Below, piece by piece: positions 29,463 through 43,936 of a DNA stretch of 64,000 nt (positions are counted from its first letter, which is position 1; each line of letters begins with the position of its first letter). Source of the stretch: Octopus vulgaris (Eukaryota); contig OX597825.1 of assembly GCA_951406725.2 (NCBI GenBank), forward strand, positions 76,756,001-76,820,000, read 5' to 3'. The position numbers and the translations under genes were made by a program. Under the pieces are notes generated by a model, which worked only from the letters and a program-made list of their open reading frames with translations, was not told where the DNA came from and searched no databases.

Positions 29463-32151
29463 ATTTTTTATATACATATATATATACATTTCCCTAACCA
29501 TAAATACTTATTTCTAGAAAATTGTATTTTTGTCCTTAATGTGCAAAATATTATTGTATTGACTTAAAAAAAAACATATTAGGAAAATCCTATTTGTATC
29601 GATTCTTGGATTCTTGATTGGATATCTTCATCTTCTACATACTTTCTAAACTATAGTCACATAAACACACACACACACACGGATCCATACGTACGCATAT
29701 AATCTTTTATTAGACAGGCTTGTTACTCGAGGAAGCAGTTGCATCAATATGTTGTGCTTTTCGGATAAGCAAGGGAGGCATTTCAATCCATTAACATATA
29801 AGGGCACAGCCTCTATGATCGATCAGTTATTATGAAAATAATGAATGCCTTTGTGATTTAGGCCCCAAATATACTTAGTAAACGTGTCTCAGCCTGAAAG
29901 ACTAAACATATTTGTTAAATCCATTCATCGATGGATTTGAAGTATGTTACTTAATTGGATTATTTTCCTCAGATAATCTCGACGGATATGATGTGGGAGT
30001 ATTTATGTAATAAAAAAATGTCGTATTTGTTGGATGCAAATCCAATATGATGTCTTTGTTACGCGCTGAACTTAGGAAAATCTGATGTATTATGGGGTAT
30101 AAAAGTTTTTATTTTATGTGGGGGATCTTTCTGTTTCTATATCTTTGTCTTTTTAATTAATCGTGCTGAAGCTTTACATGTGCCAATTAATCATATATGC
30201 CATTAACTAGACACATTTAGAATTAAACCCGACCTAATTAAGACAATAAAATATTCTAAGGCAAGAAATAACTGTTGATAATTTTCTATACCTGAATTAC
30301 AGCTAAAATTCTATACCTGAATTTTAGACGTATGTTCAAAACACTTATATTTCGTGGGGGGGGGGGATCTTTCAATATTTTTATATATACTCAACCTCTT
30401 GAGTATTTTTTGCGGAAGACGTTCCGCTATCGACATTTATGGTTAAGGAGGAAACTTCATATAGATGTAGGTAAGCATACCTGTAAATCACAGAGGTACA
30501 CTGGTTTATCTTGGCCACTGGTTTCCTGCCTAATGAGTTTTAGTCTAATGCTGGAACAAAGATTGAATCGCACTATAGTTTAGGTTTTTGAGAGAATACA
30601 AAATTTAAAATTCAGGTAAATACCATCGTGTATGGAAAACGTAACGAAACTCTGCGTTATGTCTACATACATTACTGTCATGCTATGATATTTTATAAAG
30701 ATTGACTTGTGTAATTAAAAAATAAATACCGAATCACTCATTCTGTGAAGACTCCACTAATCACATCACGGAATATAACAACAATACATTACATAAAAAT
30801 AAGCTCACAGAAAAAAATTTTTACGCATAAGACCATTTGCAAAGAAATATTATTTGGTAGAATCCACCATATAACTTAAACATCAGTTCAAGTATCACGC
30901 GATCAATCTAAAATGAGACGGTGATTTATTATCCTGCAAATCATATCTATAAATTCTTAAAAGTAGTATCAATGTGAACAACAGTTGTGCTGATAATTCT
31001 AGACACGAAATGTATAATATGATTGATGAATCGATGTAAATATCACGGTAATTTTCTATGTCTTAATATATAAGTAATTAGGGTAAATATACAGTCAAAT
31101 ATCTATTAATACTCTAAGCAACATAATCTCTCTTCCTATTGTCAGTCTAGAGTTCCTTCTGGTTGTACAGTAAATGTTCGGAAGCGAACATGTTTTTGTT
31201 TTTTTCGCCCGGAAATAGCAACATTAGCTATAACACATCTGAACGAATTGCAGTCATTGACCTTTGAAGACAGGGCGTGGGCATGTGTGTCATATATGTA
31301 TACATTTATACACACATAGATACATATGGTACTGTTATGTGCGTGTGTATACATATATGTGTGTGTGCATGTGTGCGTGATTGTGTATGTATATATGTAT
31401 GTATGTATGTATACACATATATATATAGAAACGGATATCTACACACACGTAATTAGGTGCTTGCAGTCTTTCAGATATCATATATACAGACACACACAAC
31501 CACATGTTCAACGTAATACGGGACTTTTGTGTGTTACTATACATCATCCCATTATCCAATCTGTACTAATAAGTAATAAGAGAGCAAAAAACGCATGAGC
31601 AGAAACAGAGGGCGCTCGTATTCATGCATATCTACGCATACGCCAATGTGTATCCGCTCATCTTAAATTAACAATCTATTTATAATTATATATATTTTTT
31701 TAACTGTAATAAATACACATTCAACATACGCACATAAATTTACCAACAAACATCAAGTTCTGTGAAACCGTGGCAGCATATAGGTGTATCAGCGTGGAAA
31801 AGTTTCTCTGTATCAGGCTCTCTGTGTGTGTGCGTGTGTGTGTATGTGTGTGTGTGTGTGTGTGTGTGCGTGTGTGTATGTGTGTGTGTGTGTGTGTGTG
31901 TACCATATGTTACTTTAGTTTTCTGCTGTTCTTCTTGTTCAAGCTAGCAAACTTATAATCGGTCATTCACAAGATGCTAAAAAAAGAGGCAGCCAGATCT
32001 CCATTAATTTTCTGATAGCAGAAGCACACTTTTCATAATGAACTCTTTTGTTGTAGCTAAATTTGTAATCATTGGAATGGTCACGGCTGGAATGCGCCTC
32101 TTCTCTCGTAATGTTTGGTTTTTCTCTCACTCAGAACAATGGATTTTTATC

Positions 32152-32182
<31 letters not shown>

Positions 32183-32266
32183 TGTATGTATGTATGTATG
32201 TATTTATGTATGTATGTATGTATGTATGTGTTGTGTGTGTGTATATATATGTGTGTTTAATATGTG

Positions 32267-32313
<47 letters not shown>

Positions 32314-32349
32314 GTATGTGTGGGTTTGTGTTTGTATTATATCACCACC

Positions 32350-32530
32350 ACCACCACCACTACTGTCTGGAAACTGGTGCAGGATTGTTTACGATCCCTT
32401 AACTTGAGGTTCGGCAAAAGATATTTTATAGAATAAGTACCGGGGTCGATCTCTTCGCCTTAAAACCCTTCAAAGTAATGTTCCAGCATGACTGCAGTTC
32501 AAAGACTGAAACCGATGGAGAATAAAAGTT
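32350..32530 (+). mobile_element. SINE family B 3' half
   Basis: ggttcggcaaaag...gaataagtacc.gggtcgat...ccagcatg...gactgaaac. Confidence 0.75.
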
Positions 32531-33353
32531 AAAGATGATCTTGCACGAATGTGGATAGACTGAAAATGCAAGAGAGACAGACATATAGAGAGCGAGATAG
32601 GAAGAGGGAGAGTGAGAGAACGAGAAGAGGAGGAGGAGAGAGAGAGTGAGAGAACGAGAGGAGGAGGGTGAGGAGGAGGAGGAGGAGAGAGAGAGTGAGA
32701 GAACGAGAGGAGGAGGAGGAGGAGGAGAGAGAGAGATGAGGAATGAGAGAAAGTGTATAGGTATGTAGGTATGAAAGATAGATAGATAGAGAGAGAGACA
32801 GAGATAGAAAGAGAGAGTGAGAGAGAGAGAGAGAGAGAGAGGGAGAGATTTCAAAGTATTTGGTAGCATGGCCACAATCCTATGACTGAAACAAATATAG
32901 AACAAAAAGTCTAAAATAAAATTCCATAAAACTATAGCAAGGCTCATAACCAGACACAGTGCCATCGGAATTACCACGCGAGACACGGCTTATATTACAA
33001 GCAAGACGTCGATAACAAACTTGAAACTGCACGTTCTCTGTACACAATACATAACCTCTACAATCAGCAGCCAATAAAATGAAAGAAATCACCCTTACAC
33101 AGAGTGTACAGAATTAGCACCAATCAATACAACACAACACATTATCTACACAATCAATAGCCAATAAAATAACACAACACTTGTTCTTACATAATCAATA
33201 CTCGATTCTATAACATCATCAACACTCGCTACTCACAATTCACAACGTTGAAATCTTACAAATCTACACGGTTTCTCTCCTTCGCCATGATATAACGTAA
33301 CGAATCCAAACGGCTTGCACAGAACGCCATCGCTGTCTTGACACTGAAGCGCA

Positions 33354-33584
33354 TACCTATTTCTTTACTACCCACAAGTGGCTAAACATAGAGGGGACAA
33401 ACAAGGACAGACATAGGTATTAAGTCGATTAGATCGACCCCAGTGCGTAACTGGTACTTAATTTATCAACCCCGAAAGGATGAAAGGCAAAGTAAACCTC
33501 GGCGGAATTTGAACTCGGAACGTAACGACAGACGAAATACGGCTACGCATTTCGCCCGGCGTGCTAACGTTTCTGCCAACTCTC
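33354..33584 (-). mobile_element. SINE family A with 12-bp TSD
   Basis: Closely matches 1641-1873; cactgaagcgca at 33342-33353 and 33585-33596. Confidence 0.93.
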
Positions 33585-33873
33585 CACTGAAGCGCACACC
33601 GCATATTACTACACGGCCACACGTGAATTGCAATCACCGTTCAGCAAGAATTACGTGACTCACATTAGACATACTTTAACACAACTGACGAAATAAAGAT
33701 GTAACATTACAAACAAAAAAAAACGAGATCTAACGACACAATAAAATTCATGTAACTGATACAAACACACGCGTAAAAGTCCCTCGAGGAGTATATAACA
33801 TACAACTCGAAAATACCGAGATACTGTCTAAAACCATAACAAGTGATTGTAAACATAATGGTGGTGATGATGG

Positions 33874-33903
<30 letters not shown>

Positions 33904-33905
<2 letters not shown>

Positions 33906-34113
33906 GTTTCAAATTTTGGCACAAAGCCAGTTATTTCGAGGGGAGGGGTAGGTCGATTATATGGATCCCAATTATCAAATGATACTTATTTTACCAACCC
34001 CCAAGAGTATGAAAGGCAAAGTCGACCTCGGCGGAATCAGAACTCGGAACATAAAGGCAGACAAAAGAACCACTAAGCATTTTGTCCGGCTTAATAATAA
34101 TAATAATAACAAC

Positions 34114-34161
<48 letters not shown>

Positions 34162-34290
34162 GTTGATGATGATGATGATAATAATAATGATGGTTTCAAA
34201 TTTTGGCACAAGGCCAGCAATTTCGGTGGTGGAAGAAGTCGATCACATCGACCTCAGTATCTAACTGGTACTTATTTTATCGACCCCGGA
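33904..34290 (-). mobile_element. Two SINE family A fragments with (ATC)n/(ATT)n tails
   Basis: ggtttcaaattttggcacaa occurs at 33904 and 34192, each followed by core sequence. Confidence 0.8.
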
Positions 34291-34311
34291 AGGACGACTG
34301 CCAAGGGCACC

Positions 34312-34385
<74 letters not shown>

Positions 34386-34419
34386 GGGGATAGAGATAGG
34401 GGCTTTCTCTTCATCCTAT

Positions 34420-35130
34420 AGGCGCGAGGTCAGAATAGGTCTGTGAACATCTGCTTGGAATCGTGTCCTTCCTGATCTGTCCACGATCGGAATGTGGTTT
34501 TGCTCCTCTGTCACTCTTGCCCATCGAACAGATTTCGTTCCCTCATGTCTTGTACCACGTGCCGTTGCTCTGATAACGCATCTTTCATAATTCACGTTGA
34601 AGAATTACTTGATGGCCAATTTCGTCGCAAGCATGACAGGCACTGTGCTATTCCTAAGCATCACTTCTAAGTTTCTACGTAGGTCTTCTAGTTTGGGATC
34701 CACTATCCCTATTCTCCGACTAAATCTACTCCAATAGCCCTGTTTGAGGTCTAGCACTCGCCGACTGTCTACGATTACCAGCCTCAGCTCATCACTCCAT
34801 TGCGTGGCCACTGAGTGTTGCAGTGTCAGGGTTTCAGTCTTAAGTAGGACTCCGATTCCACCGAACTGCCTTGCTCTCTGGATACATGCTGGTCGTCCTG
34901 ACATACCTCCCGGTGGAGCCTTCCCAGTTGTATGCTCGTAGCCGTCTCCAGAAGATGACTTTTTAAAGACATCTTTCTTCCCAGCTGTTGCGGTCAGAAT
35001 GTTAGGCAGAGGCACGAAAGCTGTCCTCAATTTTTCTCAATCGAGAGCTATCCTCCAGCTTGGTTCACTAATCTTCCAGTGTGGCGCTGTACGTTTCCTT
35101 ACGAGAATCAACGCGCACGAGTCAGACCTT
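34420..35130 (-). pseudogene. Decayed apurinic-type endonuclease domain of an L1/Tx1-like LINE
   Basis: ORF 34605-35030 has FGGIGVLLK ... WSDELRLVIVD ... PVMLA in the order of the LINE endonuclease motifs (GVAIL, DxxGRxxxV, ILxGDFN); a shifted frame continues MRERNLFD...TTFRSWT. Catalytic GDFN is lost. Confidence 0.55.
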
Positions 35131-36217
35131 GCCAAATGTGCCGCAACAGTTATTTTTGTTGTTGTTGTTGGAGGTTATTGCTTTTTGTTCTGGCATTTTA
35201 ATTGCTTTCATCGCCACAATCACTGCTTCAGTAATTGCTGTCACTGACGTTCGAGTTGTTACTGTTACTACTGTTGTTGCTGCTTCCGATAACACTATTG
35301 TTGTTGCTGTTGTTGTTGTTGTTGTTAAGCAACAAGACGGGTACGGGTGATTAGGTGATGGTCTAGGGCTTAGGGGCGGGAGACCCCAGACCTTGGAAAA
35401 AAAAACTTTGGTCGTCTTGTTGTAGTCAAGGGCTCTTCTTTGACACCCGACACCACTGGGAGGTTGCCCTCGAAGTCGCTGGAAATGGAGATCTCCAGGT
35501 CCAAAGTCTTGAACGGCTGCTGTTGCTGCTGCTACTCCTGCTGCTGTCATTCATGCTGAGTATTTATGCCACTGTTGTTGCTTTTGTTCATGCTTTTATT
35601 GTTGTAATTATTGCTGTTGTTGCTGCTACAGTCGTTCGCTCTGCTAGCAGTGGCGCAATCTTGCTTTCAGGACTTTGAACTTTCAATGAGCGGGCGACTC
35701 CTACGCATCCATGAGCAGAAATAAGAGCCTGGGGATGTGATACAAGTCTCCCTCCAGTTCGATGGCTGTTGAAGTAGACGCTATGTTTGAAAAAAAATGA
35801 CTTACAAACCAATATATGGAAAATCTTTTCTAACAAATTTTGTCCCAGAATGGCGAGACACAAAGAAACCAATCCGCCCTGTGAAGCTGTCTCCGGCTTC
35901 ATTACGTCTGTAATTAAACAAATTACAGACGTTGATAATGAGTATGATGGTAGCATCTAGATTAGTAAAACCTCAAGTTTATTAAAATAGACGTTAATAT
36001 AAAAGAAAACAAAAATAAACCCAAAGAAAACAAAGACATAATTAAAATGAAAAATTTGTACAAAGCAGTTATAAGAAAACTTTGTTATATTAAAAGCAGA
36101 TAACATCCTGAGGACCCCGTTACATAATACATACATATATACATTATGCATGCATACATACATGCATACATACATATGTATTTATATATGAATGTATACG
36201 TATGTATAACTATATCA

Positions 36218-36381
<164 letters not shown>

Positions 36382-36393
36382 GTATATATATCA

Positions 36394-36450
<57 letters not shown>

Positions 36451-36897
36451 AGAAATTGAGATTCATACGTACGTACATGTATATTACATACATGCATACA
36501 TACATACATACATATATACATACATACATGCAAACATACATACATACATACATACATACATACATACATACATACATACATACATACATACATACATACA
36601 TACATGCATGCATGCAAACATACACACACAGAGAAGAGGAGAAAGAGCTTGTTCAGATCACAAAATGTCGCTATTCTTTGAACCTGATGCAACCAATGAA
36701 AGTAGTGTAATCCACTTCTATGTTATGCTGTACATGTTATTATTAAAATGCATTTGCCTGTGGCGCCATCATTTCTAGGTCGGCTTTCTACGCATCCAAT
36801 CCCAGCTATCTCTCCCTCTGGCCTCTCACTCTTCACTCCAACCTCTCTCTCTCTCGGTTCACCCTATATCTTTCTCTCTCTCTCTGTCACTTTCTCT

Positions 36898-36956
<59 letters not shown>

Positions 36957-36976
36957 CATATACATACATACATACA

Positions 36977-37012
<36 letters not shown>

Positions 37013-37278
37013 TGTGTATCTTCATGTCTTTCTCGTTATTGTCTGTTTTTATCTCTTACTATATCCCTCTCTCCGTATCATTGTATCTTTATATTTTCTA
37101 CTCAGGCCATTTGAAACACACATACACACACACACACACACACGCGCGCGCACACACACACATACCTACCACACTTTTATCTGTCCCTGTGTCTTTGTGC
37201 CTTCCATCTATCTGTCTCTTCTTAAATATTCCTTGAGTCCATGCTCCCCACCTCTCTCTCTCTCACACACACACACAC

Positions 37279-37338
<60 letters not shown>

Positions 37339-37339
37339 G

Positions 37340-39250
37340 AAGAATTATAAAAGCCCTAAGAATGTACGGTGACACATACTGAATGTAGGTATTTTGTGTA
37401 TGCTCTTATATATGTATCAAGTAGAAGCTGAAAATGCTCTGAGAATAGTTGAAATATTTCTATTTAAAGATTTAACCGGTTTCACAGTTTGCACTGATTT
37501 TCAAAAGTTGAGATAGAAAGACGTGAGTTATGCCGCAGCTGTCTGACTTTTGATTAGTGTTTGAAACATGTCCTATTTTCATGGCTCAAATTAATATATG
37601 TTTTGGATAGGATTTGGTTGGTAAAGGATAGTTAGATGTTTTGTTGGTTCCCCGTTGTGTCCGAGTGTTAATGTCAAGAAACAATACTTGGCCTCGTAAG
37701 TTAAGCCTGACATGGTTGCGTGGACATGTCAAGTGACAATACTAAACAATCAATGCTCTGAATGTTTTCTGTCAAGTATTGTGGAGAATGAACACGTAAT
37801 TAAGGTTAAAACCTTCTGTACGCTTCCCGCTATGTCCGTGCATTAGTGTCACGTGACAGTATATTTTGCACAAAAAACTAAGGCCAGCACGGTCGAGTGA
37901 ACATGTTTAGTTACAGTCAAAGGACGCTAAATTTAATCTGTTAGGTGGGAGAGTGGGCAAGAGTCGTTTGTCCGTATTCAGTGGTTAAAACTTAGGTTGT
38001 TAGCTGTGTAGATTCCTCATGTGAAGGTGTCAGAATGAATTTTGTGTGTGAATAGTTATTTGTGTATGTACTCTGTTAGTTTGTTAAACCTTGGCTTGTT
38101 CAATATTTTTGTATGAATGTATTTTTCTTTGTTTATCAGTGCTTCATTCATGGTATTTACTGAACAATGGCAGAGTTGGAAGACCTGGCAGTTGAGGGAT
38201 TGTCCTGATTTGAATTAGTATGTTGTGTCCTCAATAAGGTTGATGCAAGTCCTGCAAATCAAGCGGTCGCACTTTTTGACTGTTGGTGTTGGAATTTTGG
38301 AAGGTAGTTTAGCGCTTGTGAGGAATTTTTTTTGAAGAATTTGATTGTCTTTTACTTTTGATCATTTTGTGTGTTTCGAATGCTTTTTCATTCTTTGGTC
38401 TCGTCTTAGTAATGGAATTTTCTGGTCGATAATGTTGTGAACCTCTGTGCTTCTTGGGTTGTGTGTTGTAATAAAGGGTGGAGTACTGGTTGTATCGGGA
38501 GCATTTTTCGTTTTTCGTAGTTGTTGAATATCTATTGCTTTGACACGATCCATTCCGTTGTCTATCAACATTAATGGATATTGTCTTTTAAGTAGTATTT
38601 GCTTTAATTCCTGGAAACTTTTATTGCGAGTTTCAGAGTTTGAGACAATTGTGCAGATTCTTCTTGCTAGATTAATTGGAATATTATTCTTCGTGTGTTT
38701 GAGATGGCATGAGGAGAACAGTAAGAATCATTTTTATGTTTTGATTATTAGCATATCCAGGAATAGCAGTTGAGATTTACAGTATTGCATGGTGAAGTTG
38801 GAACAGTTTATGCTGTTGATTAGGCTTTTGAAATTCATAACTCATTCAAATGTGCGCGTCTACAGAATCAGGGAGTCATCTAAGTAACACTTCCAGTTTT
38901 CTAGTAAATATTTATGGAAGTCCAAACCATATTTTAATTTAGATTGTTCCTATATCTGAACCTTCATGTATGTTATGACTAGATTGGCGTAAGTCGGGGC
39001 AACTTTTGCCACCATCGCACTCCCAGATATTTTTTTGTAAATATTGCCATCGAAGTCAAGAAGTTGTTTTCGAGGATGAATTTTAATCCTTCAACAATGA
39101 AACATTTCTCAGCTATCTGGAATTTCATGAGGAAAATTCTCAAGCCAGAAATCTATTGCCTCTAGTCGATATTGGTGTGGGATTTTGGTATGAAGTTTTA
39201 CCATATCAAAAGATACAATGTGGTGTCTTTGTTTATGGTTTATGTTATCT
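37340..39250 (-). mobile_element. 5'-truncated, decayed Penelope-like retroelement (RT plus endonuclease remnants)
   Basis: Minus-strand motifs in the expected order: VSFDMVKLHTKIPH (~39216), FILENN, AMVAKVAPTYANL (~39020), WKCYLDD (YLDD at 38875-38886), LFLD, SSCHLKHTKNNIPINLARRICTI, PFITTHNP, KKCDRLICRTC. Several frameshifts and stops. Confidence 0.92.
37471..37507 (-). ncRNA. Decayed U3-A8 variant hammerhead motif at the PLE 3' terminus
   Basis: Minus strand: UU-UUGAAAA-UCAGU-GCAA-ACUGU-GAAAC-CG-GUU^AA. 4-bp stem II and palindromic ACCGGU stem III; the 10.1/11.1 pair is lost. Confidence 0.55.
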
Positions 39251-40164
39251 TTGTTTACACACACGCGCGCGCACACACACATATATATATGCGCGCGTGT
39301 GTGTGTGTGTACATTATTAATAACCTTATTATTGCATGTATGTTGTTAATACGTAAGGAGATGTGGCGGTTTTTTGACTGGTAGAGATTCCTTTAGACGC
39401 ATATAGTGTTAACAAATGCAAAATACTTCAAAGCTAGGCAAAGGAAAACCACCCCGGAAGTGAGCGAGTCCGACTAATACCGGTGTTTTTGTTGGTTGTT
39501 AATGTGTTTGAAATTGCCACCCTGAAGTATAAATAGTGTAAAACTGTTCGTTGATTTGCAATAGCAGCGCGCTAGAAGAATAAATTCTTTCGTGTTAGAA
39601 GCATCTTAACTTTCTGATCGGTTTCGTTTCGTCTAGTTTTGATGCATATTGTGTTTTTTCAACATTATACATCTTTAAAGAGATCCCCAATTTAGTCGAA
39701 ACACCGCAGCTTCCGGCGTTTGACAACATACGCAAATTAAACACCTTTATATGGTATGTGTGTATGCGTGTTTGTGTGCGCGTATATAATTTTCTGTATA
39801 TTCGTTGTGCAACACACGTATGTACGTACCCAAATAACGCGCATACATACATATATACTTATAATCGCACGTGTTGTATGCTTATAATTGTACATATATA
39901 ATTATAGTCGTACATGTGTAGACGTTTATATAAATGCTGTTAAGAACTGAATCCGTATTCTATCCGTATTTAAATCGTATTCAATTACACAATTTGACTC
40001 ATGAAAATGCAGTTTGCTTTTGTTTCTATCCTGTATATATAATTTTGCTGCTGATAGATAAAAATAGTAGAAAATTGAAAGGAGAGAGTGACAGAAAGAC
40101 AGAAAGAGATTGAGAGAGAGTAGAGAAAGCAAAACAGATTTGAGAGAATGAGACGGAGAATGTC

Positions 40165-40387
40165 TGTTTCAAATATTAGTTCCAAATTTTGGCTCAAAGT
40201 CAGCAATTTCGTGAGAGGGCTAAGTCAATTACATCAACCACAGTGTTCAAATGCTAATTATTTTATCGACTGCAAAATGATGAAGGGAAAAGTTGAGCTC
40301 GGCGGAATTTGAACTCAGAACATAAAAACGGACGAAATACCACTGAACATTTTTCCCGACGTGCTAACGATTCTGTCGACTCACCGT
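40165..40387 (-). mobile_element. SINE family A
   Basis: ctcggcggaatttgaactcagaac...gtgctaacgattctg. Confidence 0.88.
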
Positions 40388-41476
40388 TCTGTCTGTTTCG
40401 AATACTTTTAGAACAATTTGTTGCAGGAAGTAAACAACTGTACCCAAGACCTGTCTTCTCAACCTCATCATTGCACAAAAACAGCAGCAAATTGCAAACG
40501 ATCCCGTAAGAAAATATTGAGCATTTGTAAAACAAGGTTGTAAAGAAAAACTATATAAAAAAATACATACAGGGTTGTTTGTAGTTTTGGGAATTGTAAA
40601 AATTGTCAAAGAAGATGACTAAAAATCAAATTATCTAAAAATGTTCCTTTGTTCGATTTCTATCAAACTTAAGATGCCACAATTCCAAATATACAACTTC
40701 AAGAGTCAAAGAATGCTCCTGCATTGCAATACGTAAAATAGCAATAGCAGAAAAAGACGCCTTATCTCATTGTACAATATTAAACTCTAATACCTCTGAA
40801 TGCATTGAAGAAATCACTTACTAAAATGCATATCCTTAAATACATTACGTTTCATCAGGATAGTGCACTCGTTTATGCTATAAGATACGTAAAGACTGAC
40901 ATAGCATTAATGATAGTAATTCATTAGGTAACTAGCAATGGCTAGCATATCATTGTCTGATCAAAACCCTGTAGAAAATAAATGGGCTACATATAAGAAA
41001 ATGAGACCTTTATATACTTCATCAATTCTGAATTTAAAGGTGAAGATACTGCAGTTTCGGATCCAATAGACAACCCCATATTCCGATGAAAACCTAGTCA
41101 ACAGCAGGCTTGACCGCATTGTTGCCGTATTAGAAATAACGGGATACCACACCCTCTATTGAACAGAATAACATTGATATTTGCACTTTTGCAAACACAG
41201 GATATCTGTATATTTTGTAAAATACATTCCTTTGTCTGTATCATCAATTATATTATAAAACCATAAATTTGTCAGAGAATTCAGATTTTCATTTAAGTAC
41301 TTACATATGTAGACATAATACATAAATACATACGTATATATATACAAACATATATACGTACTTACATACATACAAATATACGTACATATACATCTATCTA
41401 TATATATGTATATATATGAATTATAAATGCATATATATATATATATATCTGTAAAACAGTACATGATTATACATAT

Positions 41477-41514
<38 letters not shown>

Positions 41515-41787
41515 TTATGTGTGTGTGTGTGTGTACATATACTTATATACAAACATACATGCTTATACGGATATAAATGTATAAATATGTGTGAGTGTCT
41601 AAGTGTATGTTATGATATACTTAACCGTATGTGAGTGCATATATAGTATATAGGTGTGTACGTATGTGTATATGTATATGTACATGTGTATATATATTTG
41701 CATGTATGTATGTACAAGGATCTAGATATTTTCGTTCAATATTATCGAAGACACGAGCGTCCATCTCTGCAGTGATGTAATGGCATC

Positions 41788-41818
<31 letters not shown>

Positions 41819-42126
41819 GTGAAGCTGCTACGGTTATAACTGCTGCTACCGGTGCCACTGCTGCTGTTCTGTTTTTTTTTTATTGTTGTTCTGTTGTTAC
41901 CGTCGTCGTTGTTGTTGTCATTGTTGTTCTGGTTGTTGTTGTTGTTGCCCTCCTCCAGTTTCTTTCTGTCGAACTCATTCTACCCTTTAACGCTGGATTC
42001 ACTCATGCAATATCATGGAATCTAACGGGATAAAGGAATAGGCTTCGTACATACACATCCAGCCCTACATACAAACATACATTCATCTATACTGGGTTAC
42101 CCACATAGCACATAACCACGCACACT

Positions 42127-42170
<44 letters not shown>

Positions 42171-42533
42171 AATTATATATATATAATATATGGCTATACA
42201 TATAAATATATATATATATATATATATACATACATGTATATATACATATAGATGTATATATATATATGTGTGTACATATATATATATACATACATATACA
42301 TGTATATATATATGTATATATATATATACATATATAGAGATTAATATAAAGACATGTATATATATATATCGATATACATGCATATAGACATGTATGTATG
42401 TATATATATATATATATTTATACATACATATATATATATACATATATATATCCATGTGTACATATATCCATGTATATATATATATATATATATGTAATTA
42501 TATATATTCACCAAACAAACACACTCACTCACT

Positions 42534-42580
<47 letters not shown>

Positions 42581-42793
42581 CCCCTCTCACAGTCTCTCTT
42601 TCTCTCTTTCACGTATATATATATGCACGGCAATGATGTTATTCACTCCTCTGTACATTTTCCTTTCATTCAAGTTGGTTCTCATCTCACGCCTTTGCCA
42701 TGGAAAGAACCAAAGAGAGAAAGAAAGGATATAAAATAAAAAATTATGCCAACAGCAACAAGAACAACATCGACAAGAAACAGGAAAATTCGA

Positions 42794-42834
<41 letters not shown>

Positions 42835-42863
42835 CTCACAAATGCCTACCTAATCGCACACAC

Positions 42864-42907
<44 letters not shown>

Positions 42908-43002
42908 TCATATAATAAATTACACACACATATGTATATACATAAATATATATATATATATATCCTTATATGTAAGATATATATATGTGTGTGTGTATAC
43001 AG

Positions 43003-43033
<31 letters not shown>

Positions 43034-43034
43034 T

Positions 43035-43114
<80 letters not shown>

Positions 43115-43199
43115 GTATGTATGTCCGTATGTAAGTATGTATATGTAGAAACAGAAACCCACCACCCTGCTGCCCTCCAATCGCCGTACACATATTTAC

Positions 43200-43274
43200 T
43201 CGTAATACGCCCCCTATCGGTAGTTGTTTTCGGTTGGCAACAGATCAAAGTGCTGAACTCTTCTAGTCTGATCT
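43200..43274 (-). CDS. Possible 75-nt internal exon (IRLEEFSTLICCQPKTTTDRGRIT)
   Basis: Strong pyrimidine tract ccattccatcttccctccttttgtcgttcag|, then 75 nt open in one frame, then a weak donor |gtaaat; no recognisable homology. Confidence 0.2.
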
Positions 43275-43561
43275 CTGAACGACAAAAGGAGGGAAGATGG
43301 AATGGCGGGTGCGCATCTCTGCAACTTGCAGGAGGCTGGCAACCGTAACAAACACAGCGCAGTTTCTTTTGCAAATGTATTGATGGATAATGGATGAATA
43401 TGTGTCTATAAAATGTGCATATATGTGTACATAGACATACATACAAACATACATACACGTATACACACACACATATGTATTCATTATGTTGTTTTACAAA
43501 TATATCTTACTAAAATATATAAAGTATACAAAAATTTAAGGATGCATATCTATACATATAT

Positions 43562-43685
43562 TTCTTTAGCAAGAATGGTATTGACGGTGACTTCGGAGAA
43601 TCGGCCTGCTAAGTCACCATACGACTCAGGGCTTAACTGGCCCAAAAACTTCGAAGTCGCTCTCGATACCATTCTTGTTAACGAA
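43562..43685. other. Nested fold-back element (MITE-like or structured RNA)
   Basis: Outer arms 43566-43584 / 43663-43681 (19 bp, 2 G-U pairs on +); inner ggtgactt/aagtcacc and cgact..gggc/gccc..agtcg hairpins. Confidence 0.6.
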
Positions 43686-43872
43686 TAACTAGAAGATATT
43701 CTACAAAAGGCATTGGATAATCAGTCAGCTGAATGCAAAGTTCTTTTCATTATAATTTATTTGATATAAAATCAAATACGTATGTGTGTATGTGTAAATG
43801 CATGTATATATATATATATATATATATTTGAGTAGAAAAATGGAATATCTTTTTCAACTCCATTCTTTCATT

Positions 43873-43936
<64 letters not shown>

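Noticed and set aside
29700-30720. Possible second, very old PLE fragment on the minus strand
   Set aside because: Only vague motif resemblance; no ordered RT motifs could be read.
39454-39462. ETS-type motif CCGGAAGTG
   Set aside because: A single short motif expected by chance; no supporting promoter evidence.
40390-41160. Cys-containing frames and a 63-aa ORF, possibly a DNA transposase remnant
   Set aside because: No catalytic motifs, TIRs or splice signals established.
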